Positions 10,901 through 18,405 of a stretch of 34,679 nt of DNA are shown piece after piece. The DNA comes from a virus. Its lineage: Duplodnaviria > Caudoviricetes. Below the pieces are notes generated by a model. That model did not search any database, was not told the origin of the DNA, and saw only the letters and a program-made list of their open reading frames with translations. The stretch spans positions 1 through 34,679 of the IMG/VR virus record IMGVR_UViG_3300020045_007409. One strand, 5' to 3'. Position numbers and translations under genes: made by a program. Numbering within the stretch: position 1 is the first letter of the stretch; each line of letters opens with the position of its first letter.

Positions 10901-11396
10901 AATATGTCCAATAATCTGACCAGTCTGCTCCCAATTCTGGTTCCTTTGCGGCATCAGATGTATGTGTAGCAGTACATACTATATATTTTTTTGTACTTGG
11001 TATATAGATTTTATCTCCAAGAGTATAATTAGTTGCAGTTAGCCACGAAGCCCATGTGTATTCTTCCAAATCAGGTGTAACACCTATTTCCACTTTCAAC
11101 AAACTTCTTGTTGAACCAGTTGTCCAAATACGTAAAAGTTCTTCTGTGAATTCCAATATGTAATTTTCTGTTGCGGAGCGTCTAAAACCTTCTAATCTAG
11201 CTGGCGTAGAAGACTTTGTTTGTCCCACATATTCTGTTCCTGGACGACGATGTATAGAACCGTATGGAAGAACTATAAAGTTCTCTAAAACCTTTGCTCC
11301 CGTCTTATACTTCTCTGTATCTGGACGTGCTGCAAGTTTAGGAGATATTTCCCCTGCATTGACATTTGCTTGTAAATATGAAATTTCTGTACTCAT
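7923..11396 (-). CDS. Tail tubular protein B / nozzle with inserted CBM5/12-like repeats
   Basis: N-terminal NAGEISPKLAARPD..LENFIVLPYGSIHRRPGT, FCQINDVMFLAHPNHHP, GYPRTVTYHQSRVWWGG, YDRDQNITAWHRH, GLPYTS motifs. Confidence 0.88.
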   Translation of the reverse strand: MSTEISYLQANVNAGEISPKLAARPDTEKYKTGAKVLENFIVLPYGSIHRRPGTEYVGQTKSSTPARLEGFRRSATENYILEFTEELLRIWTTGSTRSLLKVEIGVTPDLEEYTWASWLTATNYTLGDKIYIPSTKKYIVCTATHTSDAAKEPELGADWSDYWTYFTYQKDDLVYEYDLVDLVYKIYRCVIEHDEYPTSGIDNTTYWMQMTPEDNVGATAAIEIETPYQEEELFDIQFCQINDVMFLAHPNHHPKRLSRYSELDWRFENVPFEFPPTLDGVFASPIQAQFDYENWDNGQTVWAALTPYVVGEYVKKTTGTLGIYRCILAHTSSAAGAGGNEPGVGATWATYWTQVTFAVGDRTINSNGLLYTCHTAHTPKNSTTDALGQPGITSGSWTTYWNEGTSSEKLKSWIAGTNYVTGNKILFGKVVYEVKLSHKAVAAVKGRYGYQGGNNPGFGQNWTLYWKISSGLTDLTGVKYKLVSSQGVFTSEDEGIMYQISIGCPDYYESVVISTGTNIGPSEPIFIQGAFIVSTNWLSGGAMVGTLILEKSDDGITWYTVRQWITTDVDEGNISYSSEADAVGSWYRVSAIRTSGGTSGRLFKIEPVSAVLTLPFRVEEYVSDSELKGRFILPNDQIPPANIMGVSTSNYRRPAFGPTSGYPRTVTYHQSRVWWGGLDSEPSRIWGSKTEDLYVFLKGTTDTDGLDFMLSSTATNKIMWLRSYNKALVVGTEGEIYTVDAGTRDSVITASNVNVERRVNYGCSTIPATLTGDSLLFFQRGKKRLREFAYSFERDAFNAPDMTMIAEQMNQDSFIQAAFQSNIEPVLWCVTEKGGLVGFSYDRDQNITAWHRHITGERDKYYNDEADKDMFTSVAVVFGGENQVDEIWFTVKRYIDVAGTPTAQYYVERFSPEMMNFIYGSSWRAISYNNYWRFLDSYQPLEVRSTLTSPTRTRYSSLVYATNHLLGRDVESIRYGGVPLTAFDFGTGTITLTGNDGNTSGFFNPVFGLPYTSLYIPTKFEVQLQNGTSFGKKVRIDSAVFSLWRSYGGQFKTIEGAFNDAEYAQDNFELGLMENKPYTDINYQNFIFSPSTDYPRNPDYPLSSTAGYPGDFEISYTGQTQYNVINSSWSQDLNFIVSHSDPNPFNLRGIVFKLEVQ

Positions 11397-11402
11397 GATA
11401 TA

Positions 11403-12197
11403 TTAAATTATTCCGGCTCTTGCATTAACTAAGTTAGACTGTGAAGTTCTATTTCTTAAAATTTCTCTAGCTTCTCTTGAATCACGTATCTTAGTAAGTG
11501 GCGCAATCATCTTTTCATATATATCTCTGAAATTGAATTCAGAATCTGACGAGATTCCTTTAGCGATATATGATGCAAGAAGGAATGAGAAAGTATTAAT
11601 GAAATCCTTCGGCCATAATGTTGTATCAGTGCATTGATATACATATTTTATAAGAATCGTAGAACTATTGGCAAGTATTTTACCATTCTCGACATTAAAT
11701 TCATCTCCAATAGTATCTAATGAGACTAATCTCAACATATCAGTTGGAGGAGTAAACTCATAACTCCAATCAAATACCGGAACTTTTACAAATTTACCAG
11801 TATCAGCAGTATATCCAGAGGCGAATACTGAATCATCTAATGTGAAATTATCTGCGTCGATACGAGTAATATACCAATTTTGATTAATACTGTTTATTCC
11901 TTCAACTTCTTGTAAAAGAATTCTTTCGCCAGTTACCAAACCATGTGCAGTATACGTAATCTTGATTAATCCGCCAGAATTAGTTATTGCTGTTCCCGAT
12001 AGATCAGAATAGGTGGTGGTCAATCTTGCGCGTTTAGTTGCAAAGTTCCAAGGATGTGATCTTAAACATTCATCTCTAGCAGTATCGAACCATAATCTAA
12101 CTATTGGTCCTACTTGTGAATTATCAGTTGTATAATCTGAAATGTATTGCGAGCCTAAATGTGATAGGGCTAGGTTTGTTATCTCCGTTACGGTCAT
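11403..12197 (-). CDS. Tail tubular protein A / head-tail adaptor (start revised to 12197)
   Basis: ITNLALSHLG..ARDECLRSHPWNFATKR..PTDMLRL..Y...D...W..DF..FLLASYIA. Central beta-rich insertion (TAHGLVTGERI..DNFTLD). TATAAGTA box 5 nt before the ATG at 12197. Confidence 0.85.
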   Translation of the reverse strand: MTVTEITNLALSHLGSQYISDYTTDNSQVGPIVRLWFDTARDECLRSHPWNFATKRARLTTTYSDLSGTAITNSGGLIKITYTAHGLVTGERILLQEVEGINSINQNWYITRIDADNFTLDDSVFASGYTADTGKFVKVPVFDWSYEFTPPTDMLRLVSLDTIGDEFNVENGKILANSSTILIKYVYQCTDTTLWPKDFINTFSFLLASYIAKGISSDSEFNFRDIYEKMIAPLTKIRDSREAREILRNRTSQSNLVNARAGII

Positions 12198-12209
12198 AAA
12201 GATACTTAT

Positions 12210-12245
12210 AAAAAATCCCATTCTTTATTAGAGAACGGGATTTTT
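12210..12245. terminator. Bidirectional-type intrinsic terminator abutting the tail-A promoter box
   Basis: aaaaatcccattct...agaacgggattttt. Confidence 0.7.
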
Positions 12246-12267
12246 AAGGGAATGATTTTATATTATA

Positions 12268-12486
12268 TTAAGAATAGGAATATCCAAGACCATCAATTAG
12301 GTTAACACCCGCACTCAATGTACTAAGGGCAGTGCTAGATAATCCAGCCACAGCTAGAAATCTACTAACATACGTTTCAGCAGTAGTAGAGATATTTACG
12401 GTGCTATAATGTTCCTTCTTATTAGTGAAGGTGGATAGGTTTGTTCCAGTATCGGCTTTAAAGACGGAAAAAGTATAATTCGGCAT
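12268..12486 (-). CDS. Small hypothetical protein after MCP (72 aa, start revised)
   Basis: MPNYTFSVFK...; own TAAGTA box, flanked by terminators. Confidence 0.55.
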   Translation of the reverse strand: MPNYTFSVFKADTGTNLSTFTNKKEHYSTVNISTTAETYVSRFLAVAGLSSTALSTLSAGVNLIDGLGYSYS

Positions 12487-12525
12487 GATATATATACTTA
12501 TCAATTTTTAATCAATTTCGTTTAT

Positions 12526-12559
12526 AAAAAAATCCCGTGGATTTTGTCCACGGGATTTT
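12526..12559. terminator. Intrinsic terminator after MCP
   Basis: aaaatcccgtgga-ttttg-tccacgggatttt perfect stem. Confidence 0.85.
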
Positions 12560-12583
12560 AGATTAATTAGAGGTTAATTAAAA

Positions 12584-13474
12584 TTAAGCCTCAGAGGTAA
12601 GGATTTTCACAACCTTTTCATTCTCGGTTCTCGAAGCACCGATATTAGCAGTTACACGAACTTGTGGAGCATGACGCTTGTCGAAACGAGTGTCCATATA
12701 TGCCTTCACAGGATCAACAGCAAGTTTGATACCGGATTTGTGGAAAGCCAAGCAAGAACGAGTTGTGCTGGAGATTGGGAGCAAGTTGCTCATAACCACT
12801 TTGAAACCATAGAACTCATCAGTCATACCAGATACAAGAGCCTTAACGGTCATGAAATCTGAACTGGTTGCTTCTGTGGTAGCAAGAAGATTCTGTTTAG
12901 CTTTTGCAGAAATAACAAGAACACGGCCATCTTCTGGCACATCTTGTGCATCAAGTAGATAACCAGCTTGACGGATTTTGTCAACAGTAAGACCAGAGGT
13001 TACAGCAGAACCAGATGGCACATAATCGATAGCGATTGATTGACCAGCAGGAAGGGCGTCAGTAGTTGCGCCAAGTTCACCGATGAGACGGTTGCCAAGG
13101 GCTTGTGTAATGATTTTTGAATCAATTGCACGGTTAATACCAGCAATAAAATTCTGCATCTGTGGGGAACCCTGTACCATAACATTAGCGAAGAATTCTT
13201 CATCGCGTTCGTCACCAGTTTCGACTAATTCATGAAGAGTCTTAACAAGGAAATAACGCTCAAGAGAATAATCATTGTCTGGAGTGGATTGTTTACGGGA
13301 ATTAGTTGCAACTTCCGTAGCGTCACGGAGATTGTGGAAGGTATAACCTTGACGCTCGCCAGTGAAGGAAACGTTAGTTACAAGGTTACGAAGCTTCGAA
13401 GCGGTTTGCTGAACAGCAAGGTCCACTTGGGAAGCGAAAAGAAGAGGATAAGAGTCGGATACGGTCAAGGCCAT
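12584..13474 (-). CDS. Major capsid protein (HK97 fold, BPP-1 Bbp17-like)
   Basis: VQQTASKLR, AGINRAIDSKII, VPEDGR, SSDFMTVKALVSG..FYGFKVVMSNLLP, IGASRTENEKVV. Visibly more GC-rich codon usage than neighbours; downstream of the scaffold. Confidence 0.9.
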   Translation of the reverse strand: MALTVSDSYPLLFASQVDLAVQQTASKLRNLVTNVSFTGERQGYTFHNLRDATEVATNSRKQSTPDNDYSLERYFLVKTLHELVETGDERDEEFFANVMVQGSPQMQNFIAGINRAIDSKIITQALGNRLIGELGATTDALPAGQSIAIDYVPSGSAVTSGLTVDKIRQAGYLLDAQDVPEDGRVLVISAKAKQNLLATTEATSSDFMTVKALVSGMTDEFYGFKVVMSNLLPISSTTRSCLAFHKSGIKLAVDPVKAYMDTRFDKRHAPQVRVTANIGASRTENEKVVKILTSEA

Positions 13475-13695
13475 AATAGTTTATTTGTTTAAGTTTTTTG
13501 CCCGAAAATCTGGGCCAGATGTTTTCTTTGAATTTGTTGCACTGAAATCCGTGCCGGAGATTATTTGAATTTGCCATTTATCCATGACTGGATTTATTTT
13601 ATTTCCACATAATCTTCAAAGTTCCCATCTCTGGCTTTTACAATTATAATATTAAGATTGCCCTTGCGGATCATAACAGGATAATTATATTTATA
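13475..13695 (-). promoter_or_regulatory. TATAAATA box (13688-13695) and ~210-nt structured leader of the MCP gene
   Basis: Box directly follows a terminator; the leader holds several nested inverted repeats. Confidence 0.5.
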
Positions 13696-13705
13696 AAAAG
13701 TATAT

Positions 13706-13742
13706 AAAAAAACCTTGGACTTTTTATAATCCAAGGTTTTTC
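13706..13742. terminator. Intrinsic terminator after the capsid paralog
   Basis: aaaaaaccttgga...tccaaggtttttt. Confidence 0.8.
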
Positions 13743-13760
13743 GTTTTTTTAACAAAAATA

Positions 13761-14537
13761 TTATTCTGGTATTTGAATTTCTACGACTGAGTAATCATCT
13801 ATTCTAGCGAAACCTCGTTTAATTGTTGAATGTATCATTCTAGCGCCTGCAAGATCACATCTGATATCCATAAAAGTAGTAACAGAGTCAACTGCCCCAC
13901 GTATAGCTGATTTATGAAATAGTATACAAGAACGTTTTCCATTACTAATTGGCAATAAATTGCTTACAATCGGATGAATTGTCTTCATGTCTGAAACACT
14001 GGCTGCTATTTTACGCGGGACTATAAGATACCGATCTTCTTGTGGGACATTTTTGTAATCTAACAATTTCTCGGCATTTTCTAATTGGGTGAAGAACTCT
14101 TTAAAAAATGTTGGTGTTTGATCTATAATTATTCTTTGAGAATCTGGTAATTCTGATGAACCTTTTCCGTCCTCGCCTACTTTGGTAGTTCCGAGGGCAG
14201 CATCAATAATGGATTTATCAATTGTTCTGTTCAATCCCAATGCAAATGTAACAATTATTGATGAGTCTGGTTTTATAGCATTCTCAAAAAATTCATTATC
14301 TTGTGGATCGCTAAGTTCGAACGCCTCGCATAATTTTTTTTCAATCCACACCTTTTCTAATGTTAGTGGGGATATGCTTGTATGACGTATGTGTGCTTTA
14401 GTTGCGCTTGAGAAGTTATCTATTGTAACTGCTTGCTGTAGTTTTGAACGAGTATCGTTTAATTTGGTTTGTAAATTAACATTGAATTGTTTTACAAGTT
14501 CGGTTGACGGAGGGGTATTGTTATTGTTGTTTTCCAT
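13761..14537 (-). CDS. Divergent, internally deleted paralog of the major capsid protein (258 aa, start revised to 14537)
   Basis: Colinear similarity to 12584-13474: SKLQQAVT/SKLRNLVT, DNEFFEN/DEEFFAN, GLNRTIDKSII/GINRAIDSKII, SNLLPISNGKRSCILFHKSAI/SNLLPISSTTRSCLAFHKSGI. Confidence 0.88.
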   Translation of the reverse strand: MENNNNNTPPSTELVKQFNVNLQTKLNDTRSKLQQAVTIDNFSSATKAHIRHTSISPLTLEKVWIEKKLCEAFELSDPQDNEFFENAIKPDSSIIVTFALGLNRTIDKSIIDAALGTTKVGEDGKGSSELPDSQRIIIDQTPTFFKEFFTQLENAEKLLDYKNVPQEDRYLIVPRKIAASVSDMKTIHPIVSNLLPISNGKRSCILFHKSAIRGAVDSVTTFMDIRCDLAGARMIHSTIKRGFARIDDYSVVEIQIPE

Positions 14538-14600
14538 ACATATACTACTTATTGAATAATTCCAACTTTTCAAAAAAATCCCTTAGAATTTTTTTAAAAA

Positions 14601-14765
14601 TTATAGAAGATTACTTTTTAGAAATACATAATATAACATTTGTACAAATGTCATTACCGTCCAAGCAACTGCACTAAAAATGAAACAATAATATATAGTA
14701 CAGCGCACTTCATTTAAGTGTTGTCGAAGCTCTTCGCGTCTTCTCTCAATGTCTAAGTAAGTCAT
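14601..14765 (-). CDS. Small single-pass membrane protein B (54 aa, not in the ORF track)
   Basis: MTYLDIERRREELRQHLNEVRCTIYYCFIFSAVAWTVMTFVQMLYYVFLKSNLL; paralog of 14818-14961. Confidence 0.7.
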   Translation of the reverse strand: MTYLDIERRREELRQHLNEVRCTIYYCFIFSAVAWTVMTFVQMLYYVFLKSNLL

Positions 14766-14817
14766 GGTCAACAATAACATTTATTCATTCGTCACATCTT
14801 TTTAAAAAGTCTGGACG

Positions 14818-14961
14818 TTACATTCTAGAAATACAAAGTATAATAGCTATTGCCATCCAAGCTAATGCACCGAGAATTCCACAATAATACATAATACGAA
14901 ACATCTCGTTCTCTTGTTTACGAAACTCTTCTCGTCTTTTTTCAATGTCTAAGTAAGTCAT
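14818..14961 (-). CDS. Small single-pass membrane protein A (47 aa, not in the ORF track)
   Basis: MTYLDIEKRREEFRKQENEMFRIMYYCGILGALAWMAIAIILCISRM; TAAATA box 9 nt upstream. Confidence 0.7.
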   Translation of the reverse strand: MTYLDIEKRREEFRKQENEMFRIMYYCGILGALAWMAIAIILCISRM

Positions 14962-14995
14962 CTTTAATAATATTTATTCATTAGTTGTATCTTTT

Positions 14996-15032
14996 AAAAA
15001 AATCCCTTGGAATTGGGGTTCCAAGGGATTTT
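14996..15032. terminator. Intrinsic terminator after the scaffold gene
   Basis: aaaatcccttggaa-ttgggg-ttccaagggatttt. Confidence 0.85.
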
Positions 15033-15074
15033 CGATATGCAATAGTTACAGCTTCAAAATGTAACTAAAAGTAT

Positions 15075-15986
15075 TTACCTCACATTATGGATTTTTCCCA
15101 TTAATTCTGCTGCTTTTTTTGTTGCGGCTAGTGCTGCGGAATGACCCTTTTTACCAGTGAATTCATCACTAGCACGTAATTTATCTAATTGTTCTTGGTA
15201 TGTATCTTTAGCACTATTACCTTGTCCGATTAATCCCTTATCATCGCCAGTCAGTTCATCAATTTTTAGAAGGGCTTTAATAATATCTGGACGCATTATA
15301 GCATTATCATCTAATGGTAAACCAAGAAATTCAGCGGCTCTTGCGGCTTTCTGCCATTGAGTTTTCGATTCTGCTCCCCATTCTTGAGAAAGAGTTTGTA
15401 CTGTTTCATCTACTTGCTTCTGGAGACGAGTTTCAGCTAAAGTCGTTAAATCTTTCACTGAACCGTTGTAGGTTTCAACAAGTTCATGAAGAGCTTTCTT
15501 AGGAATTCCATATTTTGAAGCAATAGTAGATGCTTTTTCGGCCAATGAACTATTCCATTGATCTTCTGCTATTGTTTCTGGGCGTGTTAGACCATATTCT
15601 TTTGCATCTTTTGGGGCACCAATTGCATCTCTATATGCAGACCAGTCTTCATCCTTTGCGTCATCACCAGGAATCTTAATTGAATTAGAGCGAGACGAGA
15701 ATGATTTTTCCAAATTTGCATATGAATTTAATAGATCGACAGGGTTTTTAAATTTACCAAGAGTCTTTTCATATACTTTTAATGGCTCTGGAAGTCTCTC
15801 TGTCCATTTATCAATAAACTTTCCATCTTCACTCAATATTTCATTGAAGGTATTGAATGGATTTACAGTTTGTGTTGGTGTCTCGTCTGTGGTTGTTTGA
15901 GTAGTAGGTGCATCTACGAGTGATGCTAATCCATTTACTTGTGTTGTTACGTTATCGCTTGTAGCGGCGTCAGGGGTTTGTTCCAT
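15075..15986 (-). CDS. Capsid scaffolding protein
   Basis: LGKFKNPVDLLNSYANLEK, IKIPGDDA..WSAYRDAIGAP..EYGL, LSQEWG; lies between portal and capsid genes. Confidence 0.8.
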   Translation of the reverse strand: MEQTPDAATSDNVTTQVNGLASLVDAPTTQTTTDETPTQTVNPFNTFNEILSEDGKFIDKWTERLPEPLKVYEKTLGKFKNPVDLLNSYANLEKSFSSRSNSIKIPGDDAKDEDWSAYRDAIGAPKDAKEYGLTRPETIAEDQWNSSLAEKASTIASKYGIPKKALHELVETYNGSVKDLTTLAETRLQKQVDETVQTLSQEWGAESKTQWQKAARAAEFLGLPLDDNAIMRPDIIKALLKIDELTGDDKGLIGQGNSAKDTYQEQLDKLRASDEFTGKKGHSAALAATKKAAELMGKIHNVR

Positions 15987-16006
15987 ATCAATACTTATAC
16001 TTTAAA

Positions 16007-16306
16007 TTATATTTTTGTGCTTTTCTGGTTTTGCTTCACTGGTTTTTCTTCCTTTGCCTTGTTCTGTTCAAGAATGATTTTTAATAGAAATCTACTAACA
16101 TTCTTCTCGCCTTCACTTTTTGCGGCCTGTAATGTATCTGATTGTGATGTATAGCTTGGCATTAGTGGTGGTGCCTTTGTGAAGGTGTCGCGTACAAATC
16201 TTTGGAATGCAGGAGTGTCAAGTAAATTAATAATATCTAAATCTAAATGTTTCCTTTCCTCTGCGGACAATGGTACAAATAACTGATGAATTTCGTGTAA
16301 GTTCAT
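16007..16306 (-). CDS. Bbp19-like small protein
   Basis: DTLQAAKSEGEKNVSRFL motif; position between portal and scaffold. Confidence 0.6.
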   Translation of the reverse strand: MNLHEIHQLFVPLSAEERKHLDLDIINLLDTPAFQRFVRDTFTKAPPLMPSYTSQSDTLQAAKSEGEKNVSRFLLKIILEQNKAKEEKPVKQNQKSTKI

Positions 16307-16328
16307 ATAGTTATTTAGCTTAAAAAAT

Positions 16329-16357
16329 AAAAAACCCGAATTTTACTTCGGGTTTTT
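16329..16357. terminator. Intrinsic terminator after the portal gene
   Basis: aaaaacccgaa-ttttac-ttcgggttttt. Confidence 0.8.
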
Positions 16358-16361
16358 AAAT

Positions 16362-18083
16362 TTAGAGTATTTGTGATAGTCCGCCAGATTCGTCTACGGC
16401 ATCTTGAATAACTTTTTCTGGGAGTATCTTTGCTCCCTCCATCATCATTTGTGCTTGTTGTTGAGCTTGGGCGGCCATTGCTCTACCTTGACGGATTTGG
16501 GCAATATCATCATCATTACGCATATAGTCGGCTACAAAATTACTATCAAAACATGATCCTTTAGCTACTGCATCAAAATCAACAATATCTAGAACTGATG
16601 GATCGAATTGGGCTAATCCTACAAGACGTTGCATTGTCATATCAAGATTGATATTTCTAAGATTCTTAATAGCTAGAGCCAATCTGCTTCCCATTACAAC
16701 TCCAGGTAATGGAATTTCAACAGTACCGTCTTCATAATTACCCTCAATTAATTCAATTGGTGGTGGCGGTAAAATTCCTTTTGATATCCACTCAACAAAT
16801 AATCTGTTGAGCATTGGCGAAATACATTCTGAAACATCCCTATCAAATGCTGGTGTAATTCCATCAAGACGCTCATTTAGTCTTGCGCGGACTTCTTCGG
16901 CAGTGATACGCTGTTTACCTTGAATACTAGCAAAAGCATTAAATATTTCGGTATGAAATTTGGTTCTTACGGTGTTCTGCATCTCATTTTTGATTTGCAT
17001 GGCAACACTAAAATCGCCTGTAACTTCCAACGCTTTAATACTGTTTGGGCCTTCTCCTCCAATGTTTGGATCATAGTATAGAACCGCATTAGCATTTGTA
17101 TCTAATGCTCCTTCATAACCATCTGGAACAAGAATAGGTGGAAAAATAGACTTCTCAACTGCGGCAAGTAATTCTTTTTGAAGGAAATTTAATTGTCTTG
17201 CATCTGGAAGAGCAGAGAATCCGATACCATATCCCCAAGGAGTTTTTTTATCATTACCACTATAATTGAGATAACGTCCTACTGCAAATGGGAAAGTTTC
17301 AAATCCACCTTCTTGAAGAATGTGGGAAGTTTTCTCTTCAATGTAAAGAGATGCGAAAGGTTTCTGAACTTTTGATTTGAGTCCACGATTTTTTAAATCT
17401 TTCTTGTTTCTTGGTTTAACTACATGAATAATTTCAAAAATTCTAGTGTCATCGGTATTGTAAATTTCTAGTAATTCTTTTGAGCAATTTTCTTCACCGA
17501 ACTGTTGTACTACTTGTCTAGCAGTCATTTGGATTTTACGCATCAATGTGTCGATGATTCCTAAATAATTTTCTTCGATGACATACGTACCAACTGGTAC
17601 ATTACAGAAATAGGTTTTATTCTCGTCGTCTACTTGTGAGAATAACGCAGATGTACCAAATATCAACTTATCCATTAAACTTTCATGTCTTTCTGAATAA
17701 AAATTACTATCTGCTAACTGTTCTTGAGCAATCTCTGTACAGGTGGAAAGCCATTTACGAACAGCAGTATTCTTTCTAAATTTCTTAGGAGCCTCGAATG
17801 TAAACCAAGGTTCAGATTTTGGTGTGGTCCAACTCATCAATCCAGCGGCAGCGGTTAGTAATGCATCAACTCCAGTGGTATCGAAGATATCAGCCTCATT
17901 ATCAACTGCCCCATAACTTGATTTAGATGTTATATTTTGCTTTCTTGGTGCAAAATATTTAGAAATTTCATCCCACAAGGTATCTAGGTGTGTTCTTTCG
18001 GTTTCTAAACGTTTAAATTTAGAAATGATATTTTGTGATTCTTCCTTGGAAGTCTTTATATATTTTCTTTGTTTTTCTTCCAT
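16362..18083 (-). CDS. Portal (head-tail connector) protein, BPP-1/T7 type
   Basis: IFDTTG..LAAGLMS..PWF, SNFY, LIFGT, EGGFETFPFAVGRY, ALPDARQLN, ITAEEVRAR; 573 aa. Confidence 0.92.
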   Translation of the reverse strand: MEEKQRKYIKTSKEESQNIISKFKRLETERTHLDTLWDEISKYFAPRKQNITSKSSYGAVDNEADIFDTTGVDALLTAAAGLMSWTTPKSEPWFTFEAPKKFRKNTAVRKWLSTCTEIAQEQLADSNFYSERHESLMDKLIFGTSALFSQVDDENKTYFCNVPVGTYVIEENYLGIIDTLMRKIQMTARQVVQQFGEENCSKELLEIYNTDDTRIFEIIHVVKPRNKKDLKNRGLKSKVQKPFASLYIEEKTSHILQEGGFETFPFAVGRYLNYSGNDKKTPWGYGIGFSALPDARQLNFLQKELLAAVEKSIFPPILVPDGYEGALDTNANAVLYYDPNIGGEGPNSIKALEVTGDFSVAMQIKNEMQNTVRTKFHTEIFNAFASIQGKQRITAEEVRARLNERLDGITPAFDRDVSECISPMLNRLFVEWISKGILPPPPIELIEGNYEDGTVEIPLPGVVMGSRLALAIKNLRNINLDMTMQRLVGLAQFDPSVLDIVDFDAVAKGSCFDSNFVADYMRNDDDIAQIRQGRAMAAQAQQQAQMMMEGAKILPEKVIQDAVDESGGLSQIL

Positions 18084-18085
18084 AA

Positions 18086-18385
18086 TTATTTTGCTAATGT
18101 TCCGAGAGTTGTGGCTGGCGTTTGACCAAGTTTTGTTACGCCCCCTGTTACTGGTGCTAATGATTGATTCTTATCTTGTGCTAAAATAGTAGAACGTAGT
18201 CCTTTACGATTCTTAGAAGCTATCAATGCCTCTTCTGTTCCTGTTTCGACGTTGCTCTGAAATGGGGCAACCGGGGCTGGAGGTGGTTTTGGTTTTGATG
18301 CGCCTTTATTTAAAAGTGGTTTTCTGCTGTCAACATGAACCAACTGGGCAGGTTCAAATATAAAATAATCAAGAAATTCGTTCAT
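18086..18385 (-). CDS. Small virion-associated protein (T7 gp7.3-like position; start revised to 18385)
   Basis: KGASKPKPPPAP..RKGLRSTIL..TTLG pattern typical of pre-portal small proteins; TATAAATA 5 nt upstream. Confidence 0.65.
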   Translation of the reverse strand: MNEFLDYFIFEPAQLVHVDSRKPLLNKGASKPKPPPAPVAPFQSNVETGTEEALIASKNRKGLRSTILAQDKNQSLAPVTGGVTKLGQTPATTLGTLAK

Positions 18386-18405
18386 AATTGTATTTATAAA
18401 AAATA

